Positions 1 to 13,769 of a DNA stretch of 64,000 nucleotides are shown here, piece after piece; position 1 is the first letter of the stretch; every line of letters starts with the position of its first letter. The notes under the pieces were generated by a model, which saw nothing but the letters and a program-made list of their open reading frames with translations, searched no databases and was not told the origin of the DNA. The position numbers were made by a program, and so were the translations under genes. This DNA is from Octopus vulgaris (taxonomy: Eukaryota). Location of the stretch: positions 56,792,001 through 56,856,000 of the forward strand of contig OX597823.1 of assembly GCA_951406725.2 (NCBI GenBank). Direction: 5' to 3'.

Positions 1-363
1 ACAGCCACTCCTGCGCTTATGAGAGACAAATGAGATAATTGAAAAACATAAACAGAACGGCTCCAGCTTGTGTCGAATGATTTAGAAAGTATAAACTTGT
101 AATCTCATCGATAACCAAACGATTAAAAATAATCCTGACTAGTTTAATTACTTTTGTACTAATTGAAAGGCAAATTTCTTATAATTTATAACCTTTTGCC
201 TGCGTAATTTAGTGCAGAGACCACCTACCTGAATTATCTAATAAAATCACCGCTGGTCAATCAGTAGACATACTTCAGCAGGTTTTTCTCTTTTTAAGAA
301 TTGTCTCTTCTCAACCTCCTTGAATTCTCACAAAAACACGGACTACGAAGCGACAAGCAGGGC

Positions 364-418
364 GCTGCTGCTGCTGCTGCTGCTACTACTACTACTACTA
401 CTACTACTGCTGCTGCTG

Positions 419-450
<32 letters not shown>

Positions 451-496
451 GCTGCTGCTGCTACTACTACTACTACTACTACTGCTGCTGCTGCTA

Positions 497-571
<75 letters not shown>

Positions 572-697
572 TAACTACTACTACTACAATGATAACGACA
601 ACGAAGACAGCTACCACGATCACCAACACCATCACTACCAACACCATCAACACTACTATTACTTCTACCACCACCACCACCACCACCACCACTACTG

Positions 698-738
<41 letters not shown>

Positions 739-770
739 GCTGCTACTACTACTGCTGCTGCTGCTGCCAC
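364..770 (+). repeat. Compound trinucleotide microsatellite (GCT)n/(ACT)n/(ACC)n
   Basis: Interleaved pure runs of gct, act and acc; explains ORFs 294..827, 301..843 and 320..574. Confidence 0.95.
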
Positions 771-1264
771 CTGCCCAAGGCCAAGTCGTCTCCTACTAGT
801 AGTATGTGGGGCACTGAAATCAAACACAAAAACACATGCATAATTGTCATCCTTCGATAAGATAACCTATGCGTAGGTGAGACGTGACATACGTATATAT
901 CAACGAGATGGTTGCCGAGATAAAAACACTCTTATTGATGTATACTTGTAGTGTTTTGACGCGTTAACAACATTTCATTGACTAAACGTGTTCTATACTA
1001 AACTCTGGTAAATAAAAGTGTCGGAAAAACTAAAATAACAGACATCGAACTTCCTTAGAATAAAATGTTTCTGAAGGTTTTTATGGTTCTCTTAATTTGA
1101 TTTGTGTCGTTAAAGATGAGAGACAAGTGGTTAGTTTATAGACGTGTAGGTCATTCTCCAATGGATTGCTACGAGCTAGCTTAGTGGTGATATACAGTAG
1201 GTTTAGGTATTTGAAAAGCATGTTAGAATTCTAATGGGCGAAAGCTATTATTTAACTATTTATT

Positions 1265-1302
<38 letters not shown>

Positions 1303-1483
1303 GGGGGAGGGAGGCAGTATTAATATCAAGAAGTGATATTTATCCCCGCTTGAACGTAGACGTTCTACAAGAATAAACTATACGGCAATAGTTACCATGT
1401 TTCATGTTGGCTTTTAACGCAAAACGCACCTTTGTTTACATAGGTAGCGGGGAGATAAATCCCTGACATCTTCAGAGCTGAGA

Positions 1484-1530
1484 CCACCAGATGACGTGAT
1501 TTCGACCTGCCTTGGTCTCATCAATGATGG
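1484..1530 (-). ncRNA. Degenerate type I hammerhead-ribozyme-like motif
   Basis: Minus strand reads ccatca-TTGATGA-gacc aaggca ggtc-GAAA-tcacgtc-ATC-tggtgg. Stem I is 6 bp with one G-U, stem II is gacc/ggtc, stem III is near-palindromic (atcacgtcat). Core C3 is changed to U. Confidence 0.5.
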
Positions 1531-1586
1531 ACATTCGGCCGCTAGAGATAGCAGCGACTCATCTCCATGCAAGCAATATGTGTGTT

Positions 1587-2321
<735 letters not shown>

Positions 2322-2349
2322 CACACACACACACACACACACGGACAAC

Positions 2350-2625
2350 GAAGCGACAAGGATCGCAGGTTCGAATCTCAGACCGGGCGATATGTATGTT
2401 TATGAGCGAAACACCTAAGCTTCACGCTGCTCTGGCAGAAGGTAAAGACCAACTTCTGCTGACTTTGTCGGCACAACTTTCTCTCACTCTTTTCTCCTGC
2501 ATCTAGCATCTCACCTGCGTAGGACCGGCGTCCCGTCCAGGTGGGAAATCCTATACGCCAAGGAAACTGGGAAACCGGTCCTCATGAGGCATGCATGTCT
2601 CGAGAAGGAACAAACAACAATAAAC
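2350..2625 (+). mobile_element. tRNA-derived SINE, family D
   Basis: B box ggttcgaatc, then body cagaccgggcg...tttatgagcgaaacacctaagc shared with 23203-23456; tail ends in (aac)n. Confidence 0.7.
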
Positions 2626-2671
2626 AACATTATTTAACTAGTAAAAGCTTGAAAAGTTGCTGATCTCATCT

Positions 2672-2897
2672 TATCTTTTACTTCTTTCAATCATTAGACT
2701 GCGGCCATGCTGGGGCACCACCTTCAAGAATTTTACTTATTCTATTGATCTCTTTTACCAAACTACGGATACATAAACACACCAGTATCAGTTGTCAAGC
2801 GGTGGTGACCCACAGACACAGATACACAGATGCACACATACAAACACATGCACGCACGCAAACACACACACAAACACACACGCACAAACATACATGC

Positions 2898-2969
<72 letters not shown>

Positions 2970-3119
2970 GATGGGCTCTATTCCGTTTTCGACTATCACA
3001 TCCACGTCAGCCCGAGACTATAGTAGAAGACACTTGCCCAAGATGTCGCGCAGTGGGACTGAACCCGGAACCATGTGGTTGAGAAGCATGCTTCTTACTA
3101 CACAGACAAGCTTGCGCCT
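2672..3119 (-). mobile_element. SINE family A, degenerate
   Basis: gactgcggccatgctgg...tagaagacacttgcccaag...gaacccggaaccatgtggttg. Confidence 0.85.
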
Positions 3120-3591
3120 ATTTATTTATTTGTAAATTTTCTTAAGAGAAATTTAAAGAATAGAGATTCATCATTTTCATTCGATTTTGCAATAAATACT
3201 ATTCTCAAAAAGGAAACAATGGTCTAAACCTTTTAAAGATTGTGTCGAGAAATATGTGTGTGCATGTATGTGTACATACATACAGAATGAAAGAGTATGC
3301 TAGAGAGAAATAGAGAGTGAGAGAGAGAGAGAGGTGGGGGAGCCGCGAACTAAAACCGGAAGTTCTATTATAGATATACAGATTTGACAAAATTTCTTAT
3401 AGCGATTCAATCAAGGTTTGAGTTGCTGGTGCATAGAAGCTCTCTAAAACTGTATTAGGTAGAGTTCAGTAGCGTGGTGGTATAGGATTTTGCTTTGCTA
3501 TGTTATTAGCACCACCACAAATGCTGCCGAGTTCTGTTTTTGTATTTAATTGCCTTATCATAATCGGGGATATCCTTTATAAACTTTATTA

Positions 3592-3656
<65 letters not shown>

Positions 3657-3659
<3 letters not shown>

Positions 3660-4025
3660 GGTGGCAAGCTGGCAGAGTCGTTAGCAATCCAGAGACAATA
3701 TTTAGAATCCTTTTCTTTACGTTGTGAGTTAAAGTTCCGCCGACGAGTCGACAAATTAAGCACCAGTTACGTACTGGGGTTGATCTAATCAACTGGTCCC
3801 CTTCCTCAAAATTTCGGGCCTTGTGTCTACAGTAGAAAAGAATATTTAACGGCGTTTCATCTGTCTTTATGTTCTAAAAAAAAAAAAAAAAACTCTGCAG
3901 AGGTCGACTTTGCCTTCTATTTTTTCGGTGGGAATGAAATAAATACCAGCCCCGCATTGGGGTCGATGCAATCGACTAGCTCCGCTTTCCGAAAATTTCA
4001 AGGTTTGTGCCTCTAGTACAAAGGC
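3657..4025 (+). mobile_element. Two tandem Meta-domain-like tRNA SINEs (family B, short-tail variant) after (GAT)n
   Basis: ggtggcaagctggcagagtcgttagc head; gaggtcgactttgcctt...aaataccag...gggtcgatg core; ggccttgtg...tagaaaag tail. Confidence 0.75.
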
Positions 4026-5111
4026 TTGTTACTATAATTCAGTACTTTTGTTCAATGTCATGCTTTCACCGCCCCGCACAACAACCTACTTTGAGTACGT
4101 GCAATGTTTAATGTAACATTAACAAAAGTAATAAAAAGCTTTACAGCAACAATGAAATTATTACACTCAAAATTACGCGTTTTAAGAATACCAACACAGG
4201 CAACAAAACACTAAGCGTTGATTTCTGTTTCTTTGAAAGTACTCAACGTAATATCTATGCAGTATCTAGTATCACTGTTTCATGCATGTTAAGTATATTT
4301 CAAGATTTCTTTATAAAAATAGGTTTCCAAAATGTTTCCAATGTTTCTATAGCCTCTATCAACCTCTATTTTATTACCGTTTTATATTCGTATAGAATTG
4401 TTGCAGCTTATTTTCAAAGGCCTGCTTTTTGAGAATATCATGTGTTTTTTTTCTTCTCTCTAACACTATATCTTTTTTGATCTGTTATGTAGAGCAGCCA
4501 CTTTTTATTGTTTTAGGCATCCAAATGTTTATCTTGCATTTAATTATCATGTTGTAGGTAGGGTATTTTTTTTGTAAATGTTTTCCCGAACGTATATAAT
4601 AATACACAGTCATGTGGCCTATTTCACTTACTTTGCTACATAGAATATCTATTCAATACTTTAATTTCATCCTCCAGTTGTTTGGTGTATATTTGTAGAT
4701 TTTATCTTTTGTAACGACACATGGTTTATTTAACCATGCATAGTCAATTGTTGTGAGTATGCAAGCGTATAGGAAATTGTGTTTAACTGCGTTGGATAAC
4801 TGCTGATCGCGTCTTTTGATCTGTGTTGATCTTTACGAGAGGGTCAATTAAACCTATGCCTATAATTCACACAACAACCTGTTGTAAACATCTTAGCACA
4901 AACGTTGATCATGTATCGTCAATTTCTTTTGGTTTCACCTCAATGGAATGTTGCCAAATTCCAGTAACAACAGCAAATGCTAGACTTTATGTAGTTGAAT
5001 AAATACCGTAACAAGAAGTCGTAAGGTCAACACTATTGCTTCTTTTTCTTTATTTTTTTTTACCAATATTAGTAATATTATTATTATTATTATCAACTTT
5101 ATTTTTATCAA

Positions 5112-5705
5112 AGACGGCGAGCTGGCAGAAACGTTAGCACGCCGGGCGAAATGCGTAGCCGTATTTCGTCTGCCGTTACGTTCTGAGTTCAAATTCCACC
5201 GAGGTTGACTTTGCCTTTCATCCTTTCGGGGTCGATAAGTTAAGTATCAGTTACGCACTGGGGTCGATGTAATCGACTTAATCCGTTTGTCTGTCCTTGT
5301 TTGTCCCCTCTATGTTTAGCTCCTTGTGGGTAATAAAAAACAGATACTTCTTTGACCTTTATGTTCTGAGTTCAAATTTTGTCGAGGTCGACTTTGTCTT
5401 CAATCCTTTCGGGGTCGATGGAAAAGTACCAGTTGATCATTGAGATCGATGCAAACGGCTAGTCCTCTCCCCAAAATTTTAGGCCTTGTGCCTAAAATAG
5501 AAAGGAGTATTAAAGCGGTGAGCTGGCAGAGTCGTTAGCACGATGGAAAAAATGCTTAGCGGTATTTCTTCGGCTTCTACCTTTTGAACTTAAATTTCTC
5601 CGCTGTCGAATTTACTTTGCCGCCTTTCCAGGTCGATAAAATAAGGATCGGATGAACACAGGTCGATGTAATCGGCATACCCCCAGCTCCCAGATTTCAG
5701 GTTTC
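5112..5705 (+). mobile_element. Tandem cluster of three family B SINEs
   Basis: ggcgagctggcagaaacgttagc...gttctgagttcaaattcc...gcctttcatcctttcggggtcgataa...; the core gcctttcatcctttcggggtcgataaa resembles the MetaSINE domain. Confidence 0.9.
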
Positions 5706-5731
5706 TCTTTCACTATTATTATTATTGATAT

Positions 5732-6194
5732 GACTTACTTAAGCCCTTCGTTGCTCCCTTTGAAACATAGGTAGTCGACAACGATTCTCCACTATTTTTG
5801 ACTCTGGGATATCTTTTCTGATCCTTTCCAGTTGGACTCCTCATTTTTCAACTCTGCATTGTGTGCGTTCAGGTGAGGGCCTAACGGGTAATACAAGATG
5901 TTGGTTTCCTTTCGGCTGTTGCTGCATTGCGTCACATGTTTCCCTGAGGAAAGGCCTTCCTCTCTCAGGTTGTGTTGGTTTTATCATCGATACTTCTGTA
6001 ACTTTGGTTTTATTCTAGGTAGGAATGCTCGCCCTAGCAAAACAGCTTTTGCATTTTTTGAAGAGTTGGTCTAGATTAGTGCGGCCTCTATCCTTTGAAC
6101 CGTTTAACATGGGAGGCCGTACTAAGAGCTTGCATTCCACTGGAATAGCTCACAGGGTCATTAAGTCATACAAGCCACGACACCGCAACAAGGT
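5732..6194 (-). mobile_element. Short bipartite RTE-derived non-autonomous element (RTE-like 5' UTR fused to RTE-like 3' end)
   Basis: Minus 5' end accttgttgcggtgtcgtggcttgtatgacttaatgaccctgtgagctat resembles RTE 5' UTRs. The 3' part translates to ...NWKGSEKISQSQK*WRIVVDYLC..., similar to an RTE C-terminus, and ends in short taag repeats. Confidence 0.55.
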
Positions 6195-7119
6195 CTGGAT
6201 CTTATGGTGCATTATTAACATTATTACCATTAGTCTTTAGAGCCTCAACTTCTAACTTCGTCAACCAATGTCCTCTGAATAATTTTCCCTTATCACATAT
6301 TTATTGTTCAATGCAAGATGTATCCCTGAATATTTCTTTTCATTACAGTGTGGAACAAATTAAAAAGTTTTATTGTCTTTCGTTAGTAAGTGTTATTTCT
6401 TATTTGCTTCTATCGAGAAGTCAAGGGAAAATATTATCATTCCCTTCAAACTTTGCTTTTGTGGCCAGGACATCAATATTTTGAAACTGACCTATTTTCC
6501 ATTACATCTTAGACAGATTCAGCGTTGAGTTGCTGAAGCAGAAATATCGTTATGGCAAATATTCTGCTCAATGCCACGAATTTGCTTGTCAGTTGCTTGA
6601 CCTTAAACCACTTGACCATGTTCCTTAGTGGCTGGCAATATGTGCATATCTGATCATGTACAGGAGTAGTGGGAGAGCATCATAGTCATGTGTTGAAAGG
6701 GATTTGGGGTGTTTTAATAAATGTAACAAAAGCAATGTTTGAAGGAAATATTAGCCATTTTTCGTACATTCTAGGGTTAAGCAAAAAGGAAGTAACAGTT
6801 GCTAACCAAGGACAAAAATCGTGTTACACAGTGTTATCTAATCATTTATTAGAGGTATGCTAACCGAAAACGAACATTTATGACGGCTTGAAAGCAGCGT
6901 CGAAGAAAACATTAACATTTATTTCTGGATTTCTTGTGCCCATCATGTTCTTTGTCCTACTGTCGTTGGTGCCGAATTATTTTGCCGCTCTGGTCTCATT
7001 CGTATTAGTGTATCCTGACAAGCAGATAGTCGGATTTCAAGGAATATGTTTTTTATAACTTCAAATTAGAGATGTGATAACCACTTCCGGCTGGCAGTAA
7101 GTTGTTGCTGTTGTTATTG

Positions 7120-7161
7120 TTATTGCTATTCTTGTTGTTGTTGTTATCATCATAATCATCG

Positions 7162-7259
<98 letters not shown>

Positions 7260-7262
7260 GTT
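7120..7262 (+). repeat. (ATT)n microsatellite with (GTT)/(CAT) flanks
   Basis: Direct observation. Confidence 0.95.
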
Positions 7263-7268
7263 ACTATT

Positions 7269-7425
7269 CGATCAGGGGGTGGGGTAGCAGTGTTGCTCAG
7301 AAAAGGCCTTGTTCTTGAGATATGGTTGGTCTTTCTGGACCCGGAAGGTAAGTTGGTGGTCCTGGACATGACCGATAATGAAGGCAGTGCTTTTAGACTG
7401 GACACTGTGCATGTACCAACTGGGT
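7269..7425 (+). pseudogene. Fragment of the APE endonuclease domain of an L1/Tx1-clade LINE
   Basis: Reads RSGGGVAVLLRKGLVLEIWLVFLDPEGKLVVLDMTDNEGSAFRLDTVHVPTG, matching the GVAILL...D..GR.......F.L.NVYAP pattern of LINE APE domains; not in the ORF track because it has no start codon. Confidence 0.75.
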
Positions 7426-7711
7426 TATCAACGACATCAGCGGCAGCGAGTCGTTAGAAAAATCTATAGTAATTTGCGTGTGAAAAGAGCTTCCATCACT
7501 AGCTGGTGATTAACACACTCTAGGGACGGGTATCTCCCAAGACTCGAGTCTGTGTGTATCACGTAAGGCAAGAGATGGAAGCGATGACCTCTCCTCGCAA
7601 CTGCTAATCGGAATAGAATGTGCGTGGTTAGCCAGCTGGAGGAGATGTCTTCCTAGGGCTATAAACGTCAGTAGCACTGTCCTGTATAGGACGCTGCTCT
7701 TAGTTGGCAAA

Positions 7712-7761
<50 letters not shown>

Positions 7762-7837
7762 CATACATAAATATACATATAATATAACATAATGATATTA
7801 ATATATACATGTATATTTATGTATGCATATATAAATA

Positions 7838-7907
<70 letters not shown>

Positions 7908-8156
7908 ACACACACAATTGAAATGGTATACATACTAGTTAACTTATACCCCAGTACACTTACATCAAATCTGGTTTTTTCGTATCATACAAGCAGTATA
8001 CTAAAACCCGCTTGTATATACACACCCACACACTATCTACCTGTCTGCCTGCCTGGATGTCTGTATGTCTGTCTACCTGTCTATCTGTCTGTCTGTCTTT
8101 CTCTCTATATCTATCTATCTATATATATGTGCGTATATATCTATCGCTCTTTCCCG

Positions 8157-8205
<49 letters not shown>

Positions 8206-8695
8206 TATGCGCGCGAGCATTTGTACATGTGAGTGTATGTGTACGTAGTATGTGTGTATGTGCATGTATATGTGCACAAGTATGTTGGTGCGTATGTATG
8301 CCATGTGTATGCGTACAAACTTATACGACTCCATTTTGTTATCCAATATTATTGCTCCAGTACATTTCTCCCCATTGTACTCATTGCACTCAACATTCAA
8401 CAAAACCCAACTACAACAGACACTCTCTCCACATCTTTAAAAGGTGCGGTGCCGGTGCACACAGAATTACGTTGACCTCTTTAAAACTTGTATGAAGCAA
8501 TGGTGTTTAATGCATCTTAGGAACAAGAAAGAAAGCCATTTCTAGAAAATAGTGTTTTAATAATCAGGTTAGTCACACCCTAGAATCACTCTCATTCACG
8601 TGACACATTACCTTCCATGAAAACCTCAATATTAGCGGTAGTGTATTCTTATTCATCTTTATCTACTCTTCTCTATCCGTTGTTTTTGCCTAATA

Positions 8696-8835
<140 letters not shown>

Positions 8836-9013
8836 TTTCAACAATATAAGGAATGGCCCTGATAGGCCATTCGACTCACTAGAAAGAGCAGCCAAACTCA
8901 AACCGCTAAATAGTTGTAATTCTGAAATTGAAAGAGAAATAAAAACAGTTACCCTTTTCATCTCTGGACTATGCATAGTTTCGACAAACTTTTGTAAACA
9001 AATTAATTAAATT

Positions 9014-9176
9014 AAATTAAATTTATTTACAACTGGCGTGTCTCGTCAGCAGAGAAGCTGAGGACGAGAATATGTCCACGAGGCGACAGCAAGGAAGCCT
9101 CAAGCCTATATGCTCTAAATTTTCAAAATCCACCGCCACCGCGCGGTGACACGCCAGTTGTAAATAAATTTAATTT
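9014..9176. repeat. Perfect 29-bp inverted repeats flanking a 105-bp GC-richer spacer (MITE-like or fold-back)
   Basis: aaattaaatttatttacaactggcgtgtc (9014-9042) and its exact reverse complement (9148-9176). Confidence 0.85.
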
Positions 9177-9243
9177 TTCTAGGATTTTTTTGCTACCCCT
9201 ATATTCATATATATATATAATAGTATATATATAATATATATAT

Positions 9244-9635
9244 AGGCGTAGGAGTGGCTGCGTGGTAAATAGCTTGCTTACCAACCACATGGCTCCGGGT
9301 TCAGTCCCACTGCGTGGCACCTTGGGCAAGTGTCTTCTACTATAGCCTCGGACCGAGTGGATTTGGTAGACGGGAACTGAAAGAAGCCCGTCGTATATAT
9401 GTTTATATATGTATGTGTGTATATGTTTGTGTGTCTGTTTGTCCCCTCAACATCGCTTGACAACCGATACTGGTGTGTTTATGTTCCCGTAACTTAGCGG
9501 ATCGGGAAAACAGACCGATAGAATTAGTACTAGGCTTGCAAAGAATAAGTCCTGGGCTCGATTTGCTCGAATAAAGGCCGTGCACCAGCATGGCCACAGC
9601 CAAATGACTGAAACAAGAAAAACAGTAAAGAGAGA
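9244..9635 (+). mobile_element. SINE family A, full length
   Basis: ggcgtaggagtggctgcgtggtaa head through ...aaatgactgaaacaagaaaa tail, between TA repeats. Confidence 0.92.
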
Positions 9636-9649
9636 GTATATATATATAT

Positions 9650-9843
9650 AGACAAACAAGGACAGACAAAGGGATTAAGTCGATTACATCGACCCCAGTG
9701 CGTAACTGGTACTTAATTTATTGACCCCGGAAGGATGAAAGGCAAAGTCGACCTCGGCGGAATTGAACTCGGAACGTAACGGCAGACGAAATACGGCAAC
9801 GCAGTTCGCCCGGCGTGCTAACGTTTCTGCCAGCTCGCCGCCT
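9650..9843 (-). mobile_element. SINE family B
   Basis: Reverse complement of the family B head and core. Confidence 0.9.
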
Positions 9844-9844
9844 T

Positions 9845-9956
<112 letters not shown>

Positions 9957-9957
9957 T

Positions 9958-10013
<56 letters not shown>

Positions 10014-10994
10014 GCATGTATGTAGACAGATTCTTATATGTATGTATATATATATACATATATATATGTATGCATTTGATGAGTATACTTCGAAGAAAAT
10101 ATTTCCATTTGGCATAATATACGTTAAGAGCAATGAGCATTTATTTTTAATTATTTGAAAGCTGGTTTGTAACAAAGATACAAAGCTTCTCCATCGTTGG
10201 ATTGCAGATAAGAAAACCAATTTCACATTTCGAAATTGAGAAATGTCATGTATATTTACCGATGGTATTTATAATGTATGAGTTAGCTGGTAGGCATTTA
10301 CTCACAAACCCAAGTACAATAATATGGTATGAATATGAATATGAGTTTATAATATGTGAAAAGAAAACGGATGTTTCGAAGCAGTTGTTCGTAATTACAA
10401 TCTTACTCTTTGATTTTCGAAGCGCTTTTCACACAAGGAGGGCAGCTGATCTCTATGACAGTACGTACTTTTATTTCTCAGTCCCAAATAACAATATCCG
10501 GCTGTTATGTTTACACTTGGTAGAAGTTTTGATGAGAATGTTACAATATATCTTGAGTTGATGTTTGAGTGTATATTTAGTAACAAGGGGTTGTATATAT
10601 TTATTCCAGGACAGTCCTTTTTCGAATGACATTGTATATTGTTTCAATGACATCATGTCGCATTGGAGGATAGTGCCTTGATATTTGGGGGTAAGATATC
10701 ATATATATGATATCTCCCACAGAAATGTGACATGATTTATACTTTTATGTTTGCATCTTGGGGCTTCAAGAGCTTTGTTGTCTCTTTGGTTTATTAGGTT
10801 CTTTGTAGCAATCTCCTGTTCTTGTATTATAAACGTATAAGATTCGAAGTGTGAGTGATATAGCGGTCACGTGTCCAAGAGAAGCTGCAACTCATCTCAA
10901 TATTATGTCGTCTTCAAGTTTCGGTAATGTACCATGCATAACCTTTAATTGTTATGCTGAGTCTTCTTTGACGAATATGCTAATCCAGCTGTTA

Positions 10995-11192
10995 TATAAT
11001 AAGTGACAATTATTCGGCTGCCATAATAAGACTCCGAGTTTCGGATGTCGGGGCGGAAACCTGCTCCGGCATCTTTGCAGTTATCGAGGCATTGATTGCC
11101 TCGATAACTGAAGAGATGCCGGTACAGGTTTCCGCCCCGACATCGGAAACTCGGAGTCTTATTATGGCAACTGAATAATAGTCACATATTAT
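10995..11192. repeat. Fold-back element with ~95-bp arms carrying hammerhead-like motifs
   Basis: Arms ...cataataagactccgagtttcggatgtcggggcggaaacc...gttatcgaggca and tgcctcgataac...ggtttccgccccgacatcggaaactcggagtcttattatgg... around a ~5-nt loop. Confidence 0.9.
11103..11163 (+). ncRNA. Type I hammerhead-ribozyme-like motif (near-canonical core)
   Basis: gataa-CTGAAGA-gatgccgg...ccgacatc(g)-GAAA-ctcgga-GTC-ttatt; stems I, II and a minimal stem III can be drawn, with one extra nucleotide before GAAA. Confidence 0.65.
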
Positions 11193-11471
11193 AATACAGA
11201 TAAATTCCTCTATTTACATAATATCAAGGTCTCTTTCATTCTTTTTTAATTATTTGTTGTTTGGGTTAGACCTCAGTTTTGCAGAGCCCTTTTTTCTTGA
11301 AAATAGCTGTATTAAAGTGATATGCTACTCGATATATACAGTGTCATATGGAATCAGTAAAACGACAGTGAACGATGGTTACATAGTTTAGAATACATGA
11401 AGTCAAATACATAAAATTTTGATACTCAGATTCTTACAAAATGAGAGACATCCTTATGCTTGTCCAGGGCT

Positions 11472-11830
11472 TCATCACACCTGAAGGAAGAATCCCTCCA
11501 TGGACTCTTTCCCCTGTTGTCTGCCTCTGGCCAATTGTGGCCATGTAGGCCCCAGGTAGCGGGTGAGATCATCCCGCCATCTTGTCTTTGGTCGGCCTCT
11601 TGATCTTGTCTACTGTCTTTACGTCAATTCAGCCACCCAGATTATTTATCTGTCATCATTTAGTCGTGCGATGTGGTCAGCTTATCTATATTTATCCCCC
11701 TTGATGGTTCTCATGATGTCGTTGACTCTCATACGCTGTCGAATCCAGGCGTTGGTTTTCTTGTCCCGCAATGTGATTCCGAGCATGATTCGTTTCATTT
11801 TCCGTTGGGCTACAATGAAGACTTTCATGA
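11472..11830 (-). pseudogene. RTE-clade LINE ORF C-terminal remnant
   Basis: Minus translation VAQRKMKRIMLGITLRDKKTNAWIRQRMRVNDI...*ADHIARLNDDR*...RSRGRPKTRWRDDL...W, the RTE C-terminal signature, with several stops. Confidence 0.85.
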
Positions 11831-13294
11831 TGGTAGTGTTGATGGCCCATGCTTACATTAGTGAAACAAAATGAAAGACATTGAGTAATTTTGTCTCATT
11901 GTTGGAAAAAGGTTAACAGATATGTCGAACAAATATATTTCGAAAATTATTCTAAATATAATTTTGGAAGACTTTCATTTAATTCTCCGACATATGTTTG
12001 GATAAATTTGCTATTAAATTTGAGTTTATCATTCGGCGAAGTTGGCGGATCCTTCTTTTTATTTTGTCATTTTTCTTTTCTTGTAAATAAAGATCTTGCA
12101 ATTGAAAATTTCTTTAGATAAATTATTTTATTTTTGAATACTAATGAAATAGAAATATTTCAGACTGTTAACATTATCGTTCCTGTTTTATAAAACACAA
12201 ATTTAAATGCGACGATATTCGTCACCTAACGACGAATGGAGATCAAACCTCATGAAAGATAGTGTTTTTGCAAAAAAAACAAAAAAACAAAAACAAAATA
12301 AAAAAAACAAAAAAAAAGCAAACATGAAAAAAATGGAAAAGAAAAGGAAAAAATTTAGAATAGTAGACTAGATTAGTTTAACAATTATTAGCCGAAAAAG
12401 TTATTCCATCAGTATGTAAAATATAGATGTAATAAATAAATGAATAAATAAATAAATCGATAAAGATATCAAATTTAATAGAAATTGTGGATGCATTATC
12501 ACAGACTGAACTAGTTCTTCTTTATAATCTATCTTACATTTTTATAGCAGAAGCTAATAAACGGTTTCGTTTGACCGGATGAACGCTTTATAGAATCTTT
12601 TTTAATTCATTTTTATCACATTAAGAAATTCGCTGGCACTTATATTCAGCATTCACTAATTTATATCTGCTGTTGTCTTTATGAGAGCTGGAAATATGTT
12701 AATAGTCCTATTGAAGTTTTTGTTGTTTTGCCAATGATCGGATCTTGTCGAGCAGACGCATAAACAAATGCGTCCTAGCCATGACTTGTTCTGTATATTT
12801 CTTCGTAAATAGTACATCATGGTTTAAGTTATTCCAATGCATCCTCTTTATTACAAGATTGTGCTATGTATTTCGAGTGATATTTAACTGCTCTTTCACG
12901 CATATCAAGCGTCTCAGTTAAGACTAGACTTCGACCTTCTTAGTTCATTCTTATTTAAAAAGTGTGAAAATTTCTGAAATAGAAATTTGTGCTATGTTAT
13001 GACATGAGAGAAAGATACATTGGTTTGTTAGACGAAACCACTTGTGCTATTTGAAGATCTTTAGTACTGTGAAGTCTCCTACTTTCTCACCTCGCGTGTT
13101 ATTTATTCCCTTTTCTTATTTAAGAAGGTAGAGCATGATTTGAAGGACGATTGACTTCTAAGTTGAATGACGATGTGATAGGGCTTCATGTAAAACAGTT
13201 CACTTTCACGTTTAAATTCACATAATTATCGAAAACAGATACAACTTTTGAGACATGTTATTTATGAAAGACCATCATTCGTGTACTCCTGTCT

Positions 13295-13625
13295 GAGACA
13301 CCTTTCGGTCACGACCCAGACCATGGGATTGCGCCTAGAAAATTACAAGGCACAAGTCCGGGCAGGTTGTTTATGGAAGACTAACAGTCGCCCATGCATG
13401 CCGACCTCCCCTCTCCACGCCACCAGTGTTATCCAAGGGAAAGACAACGGCCGATACAGCTTGGCACCTGTGACGTCGCAACTCATTTCTACAGCTGAGT
13501 GAACTGGAGTAACGTGAAATAAAGTGTCTTACACAAGAATACAATACGCAGCCCGGTCCGGGATTCGAGCTCACAACCTCACGATCGTAAGCTCGACGCT
13601 CTAACCACTGAGCCATGCGCCTTCA
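13295..13625 (-). mobile_element. tRNA-derived CORE SINE, family C, full length
   Basis: Minus: gaaggcgcatggctcagtggttagagcgtcgagcttacgatcgtgaggttgtgagctcgaatcccgg (tRNA head), then gtgtaagacactttatttcacgttactccagttcactcagctgtagaaatgag (CORE-like). Confidence 0.9.
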
Positions 13626-13769
13626 CTCCTGTAGCTGTGTGCATATGTATGTGTGTATGATGTAGAGTTTTCTCTTATCTATGGTTTAGAAATATGAAAA
13701 AAGTATCGGTAGGGATAAGACTGATAGCATTGGTACAAAAATTAGTAATTTTCTGGCAGAGCATTATCG

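Noticed and set aside
294-843. Thr/Ala-rich mucin-like ORF and its Val-rich antisense ORF
   Set aside because: Trinucleotide microsatellite open in several frames; non-ATG start on the plus strand and no domain.
13555-13625. tRNA gene
   Set aside because: It is the tRNA-derived head of a SINE, continuing into CORE and tail; the same applies at 27210-27282, 36090-36160 and 54086-54145.
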